A stretch of 64,000 nucleotides of DNA from Catajapyx aquilonaris (Eukaryota), in NCBI GenBank assembly GCA_000934665.2, contig JYFJ02001449.1, positions 1 through 64,000 on the forward strand. The letters are read 5' to 3'. Every line of letters begins with the position of its first letter. Positions within the stretch are counted from its first letter, which is position 1. The position numbers and the translations under genes were made by a program. The notes beneath the pieces are model-generated. The model was not told the origin of the DNA, did not search any database, and was given only the letters and a program-made list of their open reading frames with translations. This document shows positions 1 to 14,400 of this stretch, in pieces.

Positions 1-729
1 GAAAAGTACACTGGAAACTTCTAGGGGGTAGGATTTAATTACAAAACTTTCATTCAAGAAGTCTACAGACGCCCTGTTATTTATTTTTAAGCGACCCGTG
101 GGTGCAGGCGCGGATTCACCACACACAACTTTATGAGACACCAAATTTCGCTAAAAATCAACATCTAAGTACAGCATAATTACTGTTGGCCACTGACCGC
201 ATAATGTGGGTCACGAAATGGGTAATTTCTTTACGAATCTTGCAAAATCTTTCCTGATTCTCCGTGTCTGTATAGTCGACACGACCTGATCCAATTTGCA
301 AAAAGTGTCGATTCGTGAAAATGGGGAAACCTCCCGTATGCATAATGCAGACAAGTTATCGAGTAGTGACCTTCGCGTGACTGGATGCAACTCACCACTG
401 CCCCACACTGCCCACCATTCCTCCTCCCCCTGAAAGTTTGTCACAAGAGGGAGGGGTGATAGCCCCCCCCTACCTGTTATTTATTCTCTGTCAACCATAT
501 CCACGGTAATTGGGCCCCTCCGCAAACACGCACAAAGGTCCACATGACGGCATCAAATGTGAATCTCGTTTGCCCGAATCAAGTGATTGAGCGACCCACT
601 TTTTTCCCCCCTCTACCTGCCTGCCTGCTATGCCTTCAGCCCTGTTCTACTGACAGCTGACACTGGTGTCATGCTGTCATCCGATCAGCTGGAGGACTCC
701 CTGAAATATTTTGGCAGGAAAAAAAAGCA

Positions 730-894
730 CACAGGGTGTCTCGTAATTCTTCGGACAAGAAGGATGAGAATTAACAAATCGCATATGTATATACAGATGT
801 AATTTGATATCAGAAGGCGATGATAATTATTTGAGCGAATCCACCGTACCCACGAGTTCACCTGTTCGTATGATTCATTGCGAAACACCCTGTG
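730..894. mobile_element. MITE-like non-autonomous DNA transposon relic, 165 bp, CAGGGTG-type termini
   Basis: Left end cacagggtgtctcgtaat (730-747) is the reverse complement of right end attgcgaaacaccctgtg (877-894) at 16/18 positions. No coding capacity. The expected TA flanks read CA/TG. Confidence 0.65.
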
Positions 895-3800
895 CAAATT
901 CCCAGCAGCCTGAGCGAATGAAAAGTGCGGAGCTGGATGCTCACAAAAGGCATTCATTATTCAGTGGGGGTATATAGGGGTGGGGGAGAAGGGAAGGTAG
1001 TAGGAGTGGATTCAGTGTCTTTTCAAGGTAATATGGAAGTTACTTGCGTCCGGCAATTTCATTTGGGGAAAAAAAGCTTTCATTTTGCGACGCCGTGGCA
1101 GGAAAAGGAAGGTACCGACTCCAATTGAAGGCACCAGCACTCGCTTCAGTCAAATTATTGGAAAGGGGAAGGGTTGCCCTCCCCCCTCCCCCCTCGAATG
1201 CATAAAAAAATGATGTGCCTCCATACTTTTTGACGTGGCAATTTCCTCAATCGATCTAATGCACTCTGCTGCAGCTGCAGGGGGGGAAAAGAGGGGAAAG
1301 TAAGATAAAAGCTGCGTGATGGGCCACGTAATAAAATTCCGGAATAATCCTAGTCATCTTAATATTTGTCGCGTTAAACCTAGGTTACAAACGGAGCTCA
1401 TAATCTTTTATGACAATCTGAATATCACACCTTCTATTGGCACGCACCTTTACACATCATAATAGCTTCGATATGAAATCATTTTTATTACTATTCATGG
1501 GTGCAAAAAAGCGTTCGTTTGGAGATAACATTTAATTCCTACGGTATTAATGGGTGGAATAGAAGCGTTAACGCAATTGTAAGCATATAACGTACTGTAT
1601 TATTTTTAACCTCTATGACAGTGGTATTATATGTTGCTAATTTTTATGCAAAACTAATTTCAATGAAAATGAAAGGTTTACTTGTAAGAGTAAGACACGC
1701 CATTTACCGTTTCCAAAAATTGATCCTAAAAATTATAATTTGATGTACGCAGAATTTATTTGCACAAGTGTCAAAATCACTTTATTATTTTACAAGAAAA
1801 CCTTTTAAAACAAGATAGGAAAAGGCAGCTATTTACCCTTATTCAGTAGATGTGAAACGTTTGCTTACATCCCAGTTGTGTTGAAAATTTATCAATTTAG
1901 ATCCTTTTCGTGCAGCGTACAGTACACGGTTGGATATACGTTCCACTTATGCAGCAGAAGGTTGCTAATTTATTTAGAATGCAGGCATGCAATGTCTGAG
2001 GCTGCAAAACTTACCCAACAAATAATTGCAATTAATTGCAGCACAGCGATGTTCACTGGGCATTACAATCGTGCTGCGACCATAGCAGGGGGGGAAATTT
2101 TTGCGAGAAAGGTAATGGCGTGGAAATATGCTGTGTTCGTAGTTCACACGCCGGAGAGAGACTTAAATCCCAAATCATTAACACCCACTGCACAAAGCGG
2201 CCAATTTGAAAACATGAGAGAGACCAAGCGTCCCCGGACATCAGCTCTGGTCAGCACTTTTAAATCACATGCCCAACTCTCTTCTTTTTCAAAGCCTGAA
2301 AAACATTGCAGATATTGTACTGCAGTACGTGTGTCCGCTCTCCGAATGTGTTGACCTGAGTTCACAAGAAATGAACCGATCTTCTGGAAGCAGCTTTTCA
2401 CTACTTGCAAAAGCACGACCCTGTTTGAAAGATTAGGCTACAATTGAATCATGCTGGGTTTTTTTTACAGAAAAAAGATAGTTCATATCGGGAGAACGAA
2501 TCGCATCAGAGAGAAGGCTCAGGCAGCAGCAGACACTAAATACCCTCGTCTGCTGTCAGAAGTGCTCAGGAAAAAGAGCTTACAGTCCGGTTTCATCAGC
2601 ACTGCATGTTTCCGACCTCCTCTGCCTGAGCCCCTCACAAAGTCAGCTTTTTGTTCATCAAGACCGAAATGACACCAAGCCCTGCACACAAAGATATCGC
2701 TTTTTCACAAGGTAATTCTGCACCAACACGACCGTCACCTGTAATACACACCATGAGGTGAATTGACCAATAAAAGATGTTGATGTGGCCACAAACAGTA
2801 GAAAATGCATCATTTCTGTGATCTGAACTTACTTTTTGCAGCGGCCCAGGTGTCACCTATGACCATGAGTATATACACACAGACTATTCTTCATCATTTA
2901 TGACGTGGGGCTTACCCAGATGTGTAGGAAATGCAATTTTTTTACCGTCAGGTTGAAAGAGACATGGAAAAAAAAGACTATGAAGAAGGACTTTGCTTCA
3001 TGCCGCCTCCAGAAAAAAAGCAGAAAGGGATGGCTGACTCGACCACAAATCATTTTCATTCGACATTCAGCCGCGGGAATAAAAATTATGCCGGAGAAAT
3101 GGGGGGGGGGGGGGACAAAAAAATTCCGGCAGGGGGGCTTCCTCCTACATATCACATCGGATAAAAAGATTCGACTTTTTCAAGCTCATATTTGTCTGGA
3201 TAGGTTTACACCGGGGGACATATTCATTGTGAGAAAAAAATTAACGTGCTTGACAATGCGTCGTCAAATGGATGGAGATTATGCAGGGTGTTTATTATAA
3301 TACTTCATTAAATTAATTAATTAGTAGTTCATTAATCACGTTGATCTACTAGGCATCACTTTACTGTCAGTTGGTCTCAGAAATATTGCTATTGGATTCA
3401 AACGCAGGTGTAGAATATCCAGGGAAGTATGCCTCCTTTCAAACAGGCTGATGATAATTATATAAGGGCACATCTGGAGTATTTACCAAGTACAAGACAA
3501 AAAGTTTGTTGGCCATTAAGCGCCAGAAAAAACACACACTTGTGCATTTAGGAAATTGAAATTTACCAGTCGCACGCAAATGTACGAACTTTCAAGAAAA
3601 GCAATACTGTTGTGTGCAAAACGGAATTCGCATTAAAAAATTAGTGGCTTAACGCATGCACAGAGAGCAAGATTGCACAGTGCACTTACAGTAAGGCATT
3701 TATGAAGCAATTCTAATGACTCTTAATGAGCCTGGAGGTTACACCAAGCGTAAGAAAACTGTGTCGGGTTTTAATTAACGACAAGACGTGATAGATATTA

Positions 3801-5522
3801 ATGCCTTGGAAAGACGACGTGTACCAGGTGCTTCCTCAATCCTTTCCCTTCATGAATTGCTTCCAAGTTTGATAGCTTTGACAGGCGTGATTAATGTACT
3901 CCAAAGGGTATTTAAATGTCTATAAATTCCGAGAGATTAATACATTAGCTCTATGACAGGAAGTTGTTACAAAACTACTTCCAACTTGGGCATGAGCAAC
4001 GAGCCATTGCACCCATACAGAGTGTATCGAAAGAATTCGAATATAAATCATTGCGAATTCAGTGCCTACATAAAATGGTGCACGCCAGCTCGTACAATAT
4101 TGCAAAAACACATTGCTATGTAGCCCACATGCACGAACATTGAATTGTATTAGGGATGTGAACTTTTTGGAAAAAATCAACAAGTACCGGTACGTAACTC
4201 CCGCTCCGTTGAAGAGGAAAATTCTCACCCGCCCACAAAACTGGTCCTCTCGCTTGCTGGAGGGTGGGGGACATACCCGGCATTTATAGTGTTCCGCTGG
4301 AAAACCTCGGAGTGCTCAATAAAGTACGACTGGAATGACAATGACGTTCTGGGCTTCATTGGCAGCGATAAGTTACACAATTTTCTGGCAGTTAAATTAA
4401 CCTAGTTCCAGGCTACTTGTGATTCAATGTATGTTTAGGGGAGTTACAAAATTCTCACAGTTACATATTAAGCAAACTAATATTACAAGCAGGCAATTTG
4501 TTCAAAAATCATTCATGCACTGAGCGAACACAAAGTAATAAAAAAATCAAATATTCGGTGCAATTTTAATGCAACCATTGTAATCACAAAACAACATACA
4601 TATTTGCTGAGGGGCCGCGTACACACGATTGTCCAAATTAATAAAACTGCATTAATGGGTTGGCGGCATAAACCCTCCCCGCAGCCGTTAATATCTGCCT
4701 CGACAATGATTATTATCAATCGGTGCAAATATCTCTCTCCCCCCTCCCCACCTACCCTCCAATCCTCCATTGATCAGGTTGAATTCACAGCGGTCACAGC
4801 GTTTCAAGAGGCATTATTGCCCCTTTTGTGCAGTTACAACTAATCAATAGGCGGGGCTGCAGCTAGGAATCGCATTCATCATGAGCACCCCCCCCACACT
4901 TCCACCACCCCCTAACAGCCGCACCCTGTAACCCTCAGCCCACGACCTTTAACGCCGACAACATGACCGCACTGCACTTCTCATGAAGCCATCAAATATG
5001 CATGGCTTTTAAAGAGGAGTCCTGCTAATCCTTGAGCAAACAAAGAAGAACTCATTAATACTGCATTAGTTGTTTTTTTCTCCCACCCTATAGTCATCTT
5101 GGAGGTCACTTGATGCGACATATTGGTTGGACGGTTTGTCAATCAGGCTTGAAATAATTGTGACCGCATGAATGCACATACACAATAATATATTACGCTC
5201 GACGGCCGCATCAGGTATTAATAATGTGGCGGGATCCATCATCCCGTGTGTATTATCCCCAACTGGGACGCACTTTCCATTATTATAATATTGAAAGCCC
5301 AAATTTTAGAATAAAAGTTTCAGCGGTGAAAATATTTGGCCCAACATTTTTGGGAAATTATTATTCTTCCACTGAGAAGTCGACAATAAATCCTGTTCAC
5401 TGATTGAAGGTACAATTTTTTGGCAAGCACCTTGTTACATCACTACACAGTCTGACTTTTATAAGTACATGAACATAAGGACCCTCTGACTTGAAATTCT
5501 GTCAGGAATAGATTTAATTCGC

Positions 5523-5755
5523 GAATTCATTCTGGTGAATTGAAAAGAATTGAATTGAATTCACTGAAGAATGGCAATGAATGGAAATGAATGCCACGTG
5601 AAGCGAATTAAAACAATTGGAGCGAACGGAAGGTGAATGACAAATGGAAAGGGTGGATGTGAATTGAAATACTTCTGTGACGAATAGCGTATGAAGGAAA
5701 TTGAGACGAATGATTGCTCACATATCTAAAAGAAATATAATAAAAGAAAGTGAAT
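5523..5755. repeat. Degenerate GAAT/GAATT/GAATG low-complexity repeat
   Basis: Dense run of gaatt/gaatg/gaaat words, e.g. gaattgaattgaattc and gaatggcaatgaatggaaatgaatg. Confidence 0.55.
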
Positions 5756-6471
5756 GTTTTACGAATCTCTTTATATGGGATTTAACGTATTGTTATAATA
5801 TTCCGTTAAGTCGCACAATGAGTGCAATTCGAAAAAAAATGAAATCGTGAAAATGCCTTTTTCGCAAGGCTTGCTCGCAGTGAATTTTAATGACGAATAA
5901 CGTATCAATAATTCAGCATATCCATCACCCATGTGTATTATCAATCTGCCCTAAACCTCCATCATTTCTTGGAAGGATCACAGTAATTTATTATTCAAAA
6001 TTTTTGATACTTTTTTTTAAAAGAGGCCGACTGGGAGTGCCTCCTTGCAAGAGGCGGAAGCAAAATTGCAGGCTTTCCTGATTAAGTAATGCAACCAGCT
6101 ATTAATAATATATCCGGCGGATCCATCACTGAGTATATTATGCAGAGTAATATCACTGACCTACATTCCATTATTATTTTTGGTTTAAATTTTTTCTTTT
6201 CTTTCGATGAGACTTTTTGGTAAGTCTGCTTGGCATACGGCCTTCTTGCAAGACTGGAGCAAAATTGCGGGTGCCTTCCTGATTAGGAATTACCATCGCA
6301 GAATTGGAAGAGAGGAAAAGGGCTGGGTCGGAGCAGGGCAATGTTGGAGGTATGGGTTGGGTGTGGGGTGTCCGAAATTGGCATGCAGGACTGGTGCCAA
6401 AGCCCAAAGCCGCAGCCAATGCAGAAAGTGCACCAACAGAGCACACTATTAGGAGTCTAAGGGAGACAGAA

Positions 6472-6489
6472 AGAGAGAGAGAGAGAGAG
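6472..6489. repeat. (AG)9 microsatellite
   Basis: Read directly from the sequence. Confidence 0.9.
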
Positions 6490-7031
6490 CAAATGTGGAT
6501 TTCACCAACCTCGCGGATGTGTGTACAGGGTGGTTCAGCTATAAAAGAACACTTGCTGCATAAATGCAGCTCGTATTATGTTATTTGTAGCGGTTAAAAG
6601 TAACAGCTCCTCGCGTTGGAGCAGAAAAAAGCAGTGGTAAGCTGATGTTTCAGTGCATCACTATATATTACATCAAACGTCTGTAAGTACATCCGCATTA
6701 TGATTCCGTTGGTAGGCCTACAACTTGACATTTAACCTTTCATTCTATTCGACGGGCATAGTAGGCCTATGTGAAGCTTTGCATATAGGAATTGGAGCAC
6801 GAATAGACACTGGCGCCTACGCCCCTTCTGGTAGTGCTGAAATAGTCTTTCACGCTGCGAATAGTGTTATATGGAAATGTGTCTTACAGTGAGTTACTAC
6901 TGTGTGTTAGAGAAGATTGATTTATGTCTCGAGACGTGGTGGCCATGATGTACTATTTCTGACATAATTATAGTGATCTCTACTAATCATAAGAAGTAGC
7001 CGAATTCATGATTGGTCACTCATCTGTAGAT

Positions 7032-7168
7032 ATTATCCTGGCTGTTCAGAGCAACCTTTCAGCCACCCAAGGATGCCTATAGTATCAGGGGCTAAATGCT
7101 GGCCCCTGATATTAGGCTTCCTGTTGAGCATGAAAGGCTGAAAGGCTGCCCCGAATAGCCAGGATAAT
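7032..7168. repeat. 137-bp nested inverted repeat (fold-back/palindromic MITE-like element)
   Basis: Outer arms ttatcctggctgttcagagcaacctttcagcc / ggctgaaaggctgccccgaatagccaggataa are complementary at 28/32. Inner stem tatcaggggc / gcccctgata is a perfect 10 bp. Confidence 0.8.
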
Positions 7169-8395
7169 CACTTCATCATTTTATTGTCTCGCAGACTTTC
7201 AAGTGCCGACGAGTATCACGTTGCGGTACCTCCGACTTGACATTCCTATTATTAATAAGGCAACCTGAACAATCTGAAAGTAACTGCTTAATAATAGTAT
7301 CCTACAAAAGATTTATAGTTGAAGCGAACATGTGATATGGAGCACACTGCATTTTTTGGAGTAATGATTCGGTTTTACGCGCCTATGAGGTTTAGGCCTG
7401 CAGGAAATCAATTTTTAACGAGTTAATTTTATTCGTCCTATTTTTCTGCCGGAAAAGGCCTGAATAATGTAACCTGCTTGCGCCGGTTATTTCGGTGAAT
7501 ATCTCTATGCAGATGCATTGCACCATTTTTACATCAGTACGTAACAAGTCGCTCGTAAATGGATACTATGTGTAGAAACTGACTATATCAGAAGGAGTTT
7601 AAATTTAATTTGAAGGCCTATTCATATAATTATCACGCGTTGGCTTTGACATATTCAGTGCTTTTTTACATTTCTCTTTTGCAAAAAAAAATGCTGCCTA
7701 TATCCGTGAGAGAAAAAGCAATCATGAGATTCATCGTATCCACCTCAAAGGCCAAAGCCTCTCTCGCTTTTAAAACTCCTTTGCAAAAACACACTAATGT
7801 GAATACATAAACTATTGAAAAATGATATAAAACAAATCAGTTAAGCTAATGAGTCCCTCCATCTGCTACCACATACTTCACTGTCGAAACTGCTGAATTT
7901 CGCGATGTGAACAGCCAACTCTGCAATTCATTAGGTAAAGCTCGTATACCTGGCAACACATCAAGCTCCTGAAACTCCTGACAATTCCAGCATCTGCTAC
8001 CATTTTAGACGTATGGGCTTACATGCTAGTTACCTTAGCATAATTGCGAGCCTCATTATATAATTTGAAGCGAGTCGCTCAAACGTTCTGTACAGTATGC
8101 TATAGTTTTGTTCATACGTAGTCAAACTTGCCTACCTAATAAAGAAATATCACAACTGCAATATTAACAGTTACAAAACGGAAAGTAATCACGAATATAT
8201 GAATTCAATAATGGACAACTGCATCTAGAGACGTTTACAGACAGGTTTGACTGCACTGTTCAAGTGCTGAATATTATCTTATGTGCTACATAACACCGTG
8301 TCCCACCATGTACTGTACTCTCTTCTTTTTTCCAAAATTGAAAGGGCATGAAAATTGGATTAGAAAGATAGCAGGGTGTTTCCACCACCAGCACC

Positions 8396-8417
8396 AGAGA
8401 GAGAGAGAGAGAGAGAG
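8396..8417. repeat. (AG)11 microsatellite
   Basis: Read directly from the sequence. Confidence 0.9.
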
Positions 8418-11400
8418 GGAAAAAACGGTCTGTAAAAAAACTTGGCCCGCGCTTCTCGGAATATCTCTCTGCGTTGAAAGGGACCGCATTGTATGGCCCC
8501 AGCAGGCGAGGGCAGCCGCCAGTATCTTGTTCCTTCCGACACTGCTAAAATGTACATGGAAGGAATTTTTATGCCCTCCCAGCCATTTAATCTGCATCTG
8601 AGAAGTGAACCTGCAGCAGTTCAGATATGTCTTTCTCCTTCAGGGGGGAGGGGGGAGGGGTTGAAGGAAGGAAAGATTGGGGGGTGGGAGAGGACAGAAA
8701 AACCGCCATTGAAGGAGTTTCATCGCCAAAGCAGATTACGACCAAAGGACGTCTTATTGGCATAATATATTCCCGCTGCTCTTTCACTGGAATCAAAGCG
8801 GGCCTTTCAGATTTGCAGAATGGATTTCCTTAATGCCGGCCCAAGTCGTTTGACAGGATATATGCGCCGGCTATAATCTAGTGCGGCAGGAGTTATGATT
8901 GGGATTGTCACTTCATCAAGGCACCTTCTCTGCTGGCATATATACGGCTGATGTACTGCGGAACTGTGCAGCTCACGTCAATCAGTTTACACTTAAATAA
9001 GCGGGAGCATTTTGCACCTACTACAGCTTAAAAATAGCTTAAAATCTATTCCACACACTTCCACATATGAATGAAACATCTTTCCGTTTATCATGCATTA
9101 ACATATTAAGTTGAAGAAAATTATATTTCAATATAATGTAACGGAAAAATGCGCTTAAAATTATTTAATGCAGGCCTACTTTTATCACAATACAATCTGG
9201 ATAATTACGCATGTGACAGGCTAATATTTAGATTTAAATTTTTCGCTTTACGCCATCAAGACCCTGTATTATCATAATTGCTACTTTGGATTATTGGGAG
9301 TTAATTTTTAAATGGGATATATCTAACAATAATGATAGAACAGTAATTATTGAGTGAAATTATCTTTCAGATGACCGAACCCCTTCATCTCTCTGATTAA
9401 AATGTACTCCTAAAATCTACGAAATAATCAGTACACAAATTGAGGGACTGAGTTAAATTAAAGAGAATCAGCAGTGGGTGCTCCTTCATGCGGAGAAAGA
9501 GTTTTATACAAAACCACTCAAAATAATTAAGAGAGCATAGAGCATTGTGTACTTTAAGTATTCCAACGAATTGACCCCCATTAAGTTCTTTAGAGGCAAA
9601 AAAATCCTCGAAACATGCTCTATTCGTGAATGAACTTCATTGTGATAATCATTGCCTTCAATGGATTGCTTTGCATGTAAAGGTTGCAAGCTTTGAAAAA
9701 TCACAAGATTGAAATGTCGCGCGTGGGATGGCCCCCCCCAAAAAAATCCATCTGAAAATTTTACCAATTATGATAAAAGCATGGGACAATGTTTCCCATT
9801 TAGCTTTGATTACACGAAATTTTAAATGCGCACGATCCATTAAATAATTACCTTCCTTTTAAAACATATCGTTCTTTCATTTGTGCAGGGCTGTACCATA
9901 TTTTTTTTTGCAACCGTTTCCCAATATTGGCAAAAGTGAAGTGTGTACAGTACCTGCACATCAGTTGAAATTGACAGTAACTCTTTTCAGATCCGCAGCA
10001 AAACAACAAAGCTAAGGAAATGAGGAGAGAAAATGGGCAAAAAAATCAGCAAGAGCATTCAGGGAGGGCTGGAGACGAGAGCATCCGCAAAACGTGTTTG
10101 CCTTTTTTTTTCTTCCTTACTTTTTCTCTCCTTTTTTCCCCCCTTACTCCCTTGGAAAATCTCTGGTCTCGCATAAAGTTCCGTGGGAAGGAACGAAAAA
10201 GGGAAACCTGTGCCTTCCAACTCTTCCGTTCCGTTCCAATTTAGTTTCCTGTCTCCATAACCGTATTCTCCATTTACTCCGGCACTCCATCCGCGCCTTT
10301 CAAATATGCGCTATCCGGATCGGTAAGAGAGAGCATTCCCAATGTAGGAACCATATCGAAACGGGATAGAGGTGACGGCTGGAAATTGGACCCGGTGAAC
10401 AAAAAATATATATATTGAGCTCAAATGCGACAAGCACACAGGATTTTTTACTAGACACATTTTTCGCCAATATGAAAATTATTACTCGGCTAAAAATGAC
10501 GGGCGCGCGCACACACACAAAAAAAGTCTTACAGTGTTATATTTGGACACGAATGTATCCAAAAAGAGAATCAGACAAAGGCTACTGTACATTGATCCTC
10601 TGGGTAATAATATAGCCGGAAGGAACGTTCGATAACATTTTAAAATGGTAATCAGTACTCTGACCTACATGCAGGGCAGATTAGATGCTTATTTTTTATA
10701 AGGTGGAGAAAAAAATCGTGCAGTTTCGTCATGAAATAATTTCAGCTTGTTGATTGGAAACAAATACTTCATTGTACAACAAATTATTATTGGTCTAACC
10801 CCGTTATTACACAAATTTTCTCTCTCAGTCAGTGGCCTTAAAATATTCAGCTTTTCGTACACTCCAAAAAAATTTAGTGAAAAATATTAACGAGAGGTGT
10901 GGGAAACGGTTTCAACAGTTCAGAACAAAAATTAGCAAAATTAATTTGTGCATTTGAAAATCTAATTTCAAGACGATTCGGGTGAAAATCACACAAATTA
11001 AGCCAAAAGTCGCTCGAAAAATATTTCAGAGTGCATGAGAATAATATTGGAAAAGAGCGGAATGATAATGCGCTCTACGCGACTCCCCCTGTTATTTTCT
11101 CCTGCGTCATTTATTCAATTCCAGCTGAAAAATTCCCTTATCGATTCAAACAAAAATATACCTACCAAGAAAAATACACCCGTATAGTTCTCGAATAAAT
11201 TCACCCACGCACAGTTGTTCCAAGACAATTTTTTCTTTTCGGTTTAGTTCCCTCCAAAATTATGCTGACCTTTGTTCAACTCTTGTCTGCCAACTGTAAT
11301 GAAGCCATACAAAGCAGCTCGGCATATAGAAACTTGCTTAAGAACCTGCTGCATACGAAAAGCTCGTTGAGACCGGAAAGTACGCATAAAGTTTTCCTTG

Positions 11401-14400
11401 CATGTACTAACTGCTTTGAAAAGTACATTTACCGCCTCGCATATCATGTAACAGGAGTGAGTTGTAAGAAACTAGAAGGTTTTGGAGTTTGCAAGGGGCA
11501 TTTTAGGTAACGTCTATTACTATTGTTTATGCATTACGCCGCAATTAAGAATAAGAGCAAGATTGGGATCCGTAATTAGGGAGGCGAGTCCCTGAATTAA
11601 ACTGGTTAATAATTTCCGAGGTGTTTTTAATTCCCGAAAGGCCATTCGTAGTAACCAGGACAGAAAATTAAGTTAATTACACAGTGTGTAAAATGCGCAT
11701 ACGCACTGGGATGAAAAGTCTGATTATGACAGTTGCATAAATTTTTGTTGTCAAAACACCGCTGCCTAAATGGCGTAAAATTTAAATTGCAAGAGCGCGT
11801 GGCTGTTCATACTTGTAATTAAAGCTGATTTTTAACATTCAGGGAGTGAAAAAACATGCCCTCATAAATTTAACGAGCTGCACTTAAATGCGAGTGACCA
11901 TCATAGTAATTAATTGCGATTGAAATTACACCGCTTGGAGCCTCTAATTTTCTTCCACTTTTGGCATTAAACGAGCTAATATTTCGTGGCATGTTTTTGA
12001 CATGTTCACCTGAGCGGCCTATAGTTTTGCGTTCATAGTCGGTGCTGTAGGATCGTGTTGATCTTTTAACGACCGTAAAGCTTGACGAGTTAGTTTTAAT
12101 AGACTAATTGTCTTGGGTGTTTCAGAGCGGCTTCATTCATTTCGCGCTCCAATTACCTTGGATGGAAGCTGTCGGTGTGTTAGTGTCTCATCCTCCTAAT
12201 ACATTATGTGAATGGCGTAATTGGACAAACGTTGTGACAGGCACATTTCAAGTCCTGTCCTAACATCATTAGGAGACAGCTTCGCTTTTCACAGCGTGTG
12301 CGTGTTTATGGCCGAAAGTATCCGCTGGGGTTGTAGTCACCAGAAAAACGTAAAAAAAGAGACAAGAGTAAAGCAAACAAGCAAACAAAACGAGTATGTA
12401 CACGATGCAGCTTTGCGGGTGCGGCGCCTAATATTGAATTCGGATAATCCGTACTGTACCGGACAAAAAGGCAGGGGTCTCGCAGGGGACAGCCAATACA
12501 CAGTTGTGGAGGAAGTAGTGAAATGCAACAGTTGTTGGCAAGTCCGGACTAGTCTGGCCACAAATACCCTGAACATTATTGGAGATACAGTGAGCTTTTC
12601 GTCATTTATGGATCACTCTTTACTAATGTAATAGGCTACTACGGGTGGGAGGAGAACAACGCTGCTACCCTACAGGCTTCTACAAATCAACAGAATTGAA
12701 ATAATGTCACACGAAAACAGTGTTTTGCCCTGAAAAGCCACGGCGGCCTGTAATGTAACGAAAACGCAAGACAGAAACACTTGAGCACACTGGCATTGTG
12801 TTAAACATTTGCCTTAAAAGATGTAATAATGTGCCATACAGGATGACACACACTACAATGTGAAGTCCCTAAAATGTTCTCTCTCTTTTCATATATTGAC
12901 ACAGTAAGACCTAGGCTGTAATCGTGTTCCTGGCCGTATACCCGGCCAAGGTTTCGAGATTAATCACAAGCTGTCTAGGCGACAAAATTGAATTCCTGGC
13001 TGCATTCACGAGTGATTGGATTCCTCTTGCGCTTCGGCTGATAGGAAATAGAGTCCGCACCGATCGCACAAGACCAACAGCTCAGCATGAATTTGATCAT
13101 AAAGTGCAGAAGTTTGCAATAAATGGGAAGCAATGATCATGAGCATATTTTTGTGATGATGTAAATTTCAAGTGACAAAATGTGTCAACATTGTTTCGGG
13201 CCAATTTTAAGGTAGGCAAGCATTGGCTCGAAATCGCACAATCTTTTGCAACCTGTTCTCCCAGACTTTTTTTTTTGCGGGAGAAGGAACTGTCCCATTC
13301 CTCTCTTTGAGGGGACTCAGGACTGAACGCTCCTATTGAAAACCATTGCGATCATAACGATAACGCAAGAGTCCATTTCCGCTTCCGTAAAACAAATTTA
13401 ACAGTAGTGAAGCAGTTCGATTCGGAAGAAATTCAGCTGCATTTCTCTCGTTCCTTTATTTTCTTTTTTTTTCTCCTACAGCCAACAGTTCTGTCCGGAA
13501 GCCTTTTTTTCCCGTTCATTCCCCTTGGGAGAAACTCGATATTTGCTTCCAATACTCCCTACTCATTCTCGAAGGGGAGACTCAAATGAAAAGGGGCAGC
13601 GTCAAGAGCAAGATGGGGAGTGGAGGAAAGTGGGGAGGAGGAACAAGAGAGAGAGAAAAGTCGTTATGAAAATCGGGGAAGGAAAAAAAGAAGAAGAAAA
13701 AAAGAGGGACGCTTGAAATTCCCCCGCGAGAAAAGGAAATGGCCCTATACCTTGCACTGCCAAAGTTGTAGGCAGGTAATTTAGTCAAGTACCCTGTGGT
13801 TACACCTCAAGATCAAAGCGGGAGGAGGACTTATTTTTTTGCAGAGTTTTTTGAGAGTCGAAGAGAAGCGCAAAGTTTGGGGTCACTTTTTTGCCACTTT
13901 CTCAGGCGGTGATATGCAAATTGCTCATAACAGCCCGAAAATTTTGGATTTGCGAGAGAAGATAGCCTGGAACCTAATTACAGGGCAGAAGTGCTCGAGT
14001 GCGAATTTTTTTTAACTCGCTCTTTCTCTCATCCTTCTAGTTCGCACTTAAAGTGAGATTAATCTGGGAGTAAGCGCCTTCACTCTCCTGGTTGGGTGTA
14101 CCGTTGGAATTTATTTTAGGCAGGAACTGTACCGTCGGCGGCTCAAGCTGGGACGCACCCTGGATGCGATGAAGGTAGCTGTCAATAAATTTTCACATAA
14201 TTTTTGAGCCACGAACTGGTCGACAAACTCGCAAAAATGTGGAAAATCACCCACTAAAATATGGGACCTTTAAAACGTCAGAGCAAGCTTGTAGTTGTTA
14301 CTGTCGTTGCATTAATTTCAACTGTTGTTGCTCCATTTTCATTCACAGAAAATAATGTGGATTTGACATAAAATATTTAGATTAATACAATCTGACAACC

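Noticed and set aside
1878..2354. 158-aa ORF on +
   Set aside because: Non-ATG start, no recognisable motif, no convincing splice signals; consistent with a chance ORF.
8871..8892. ctataatctagtgcggcaggag resembles miR-252 (17/22 against my recalled sequence)
   Set aside because: Four of the five mismatches fall in the seed, and the flanks do not form a proper pre-miRNA hairpin.
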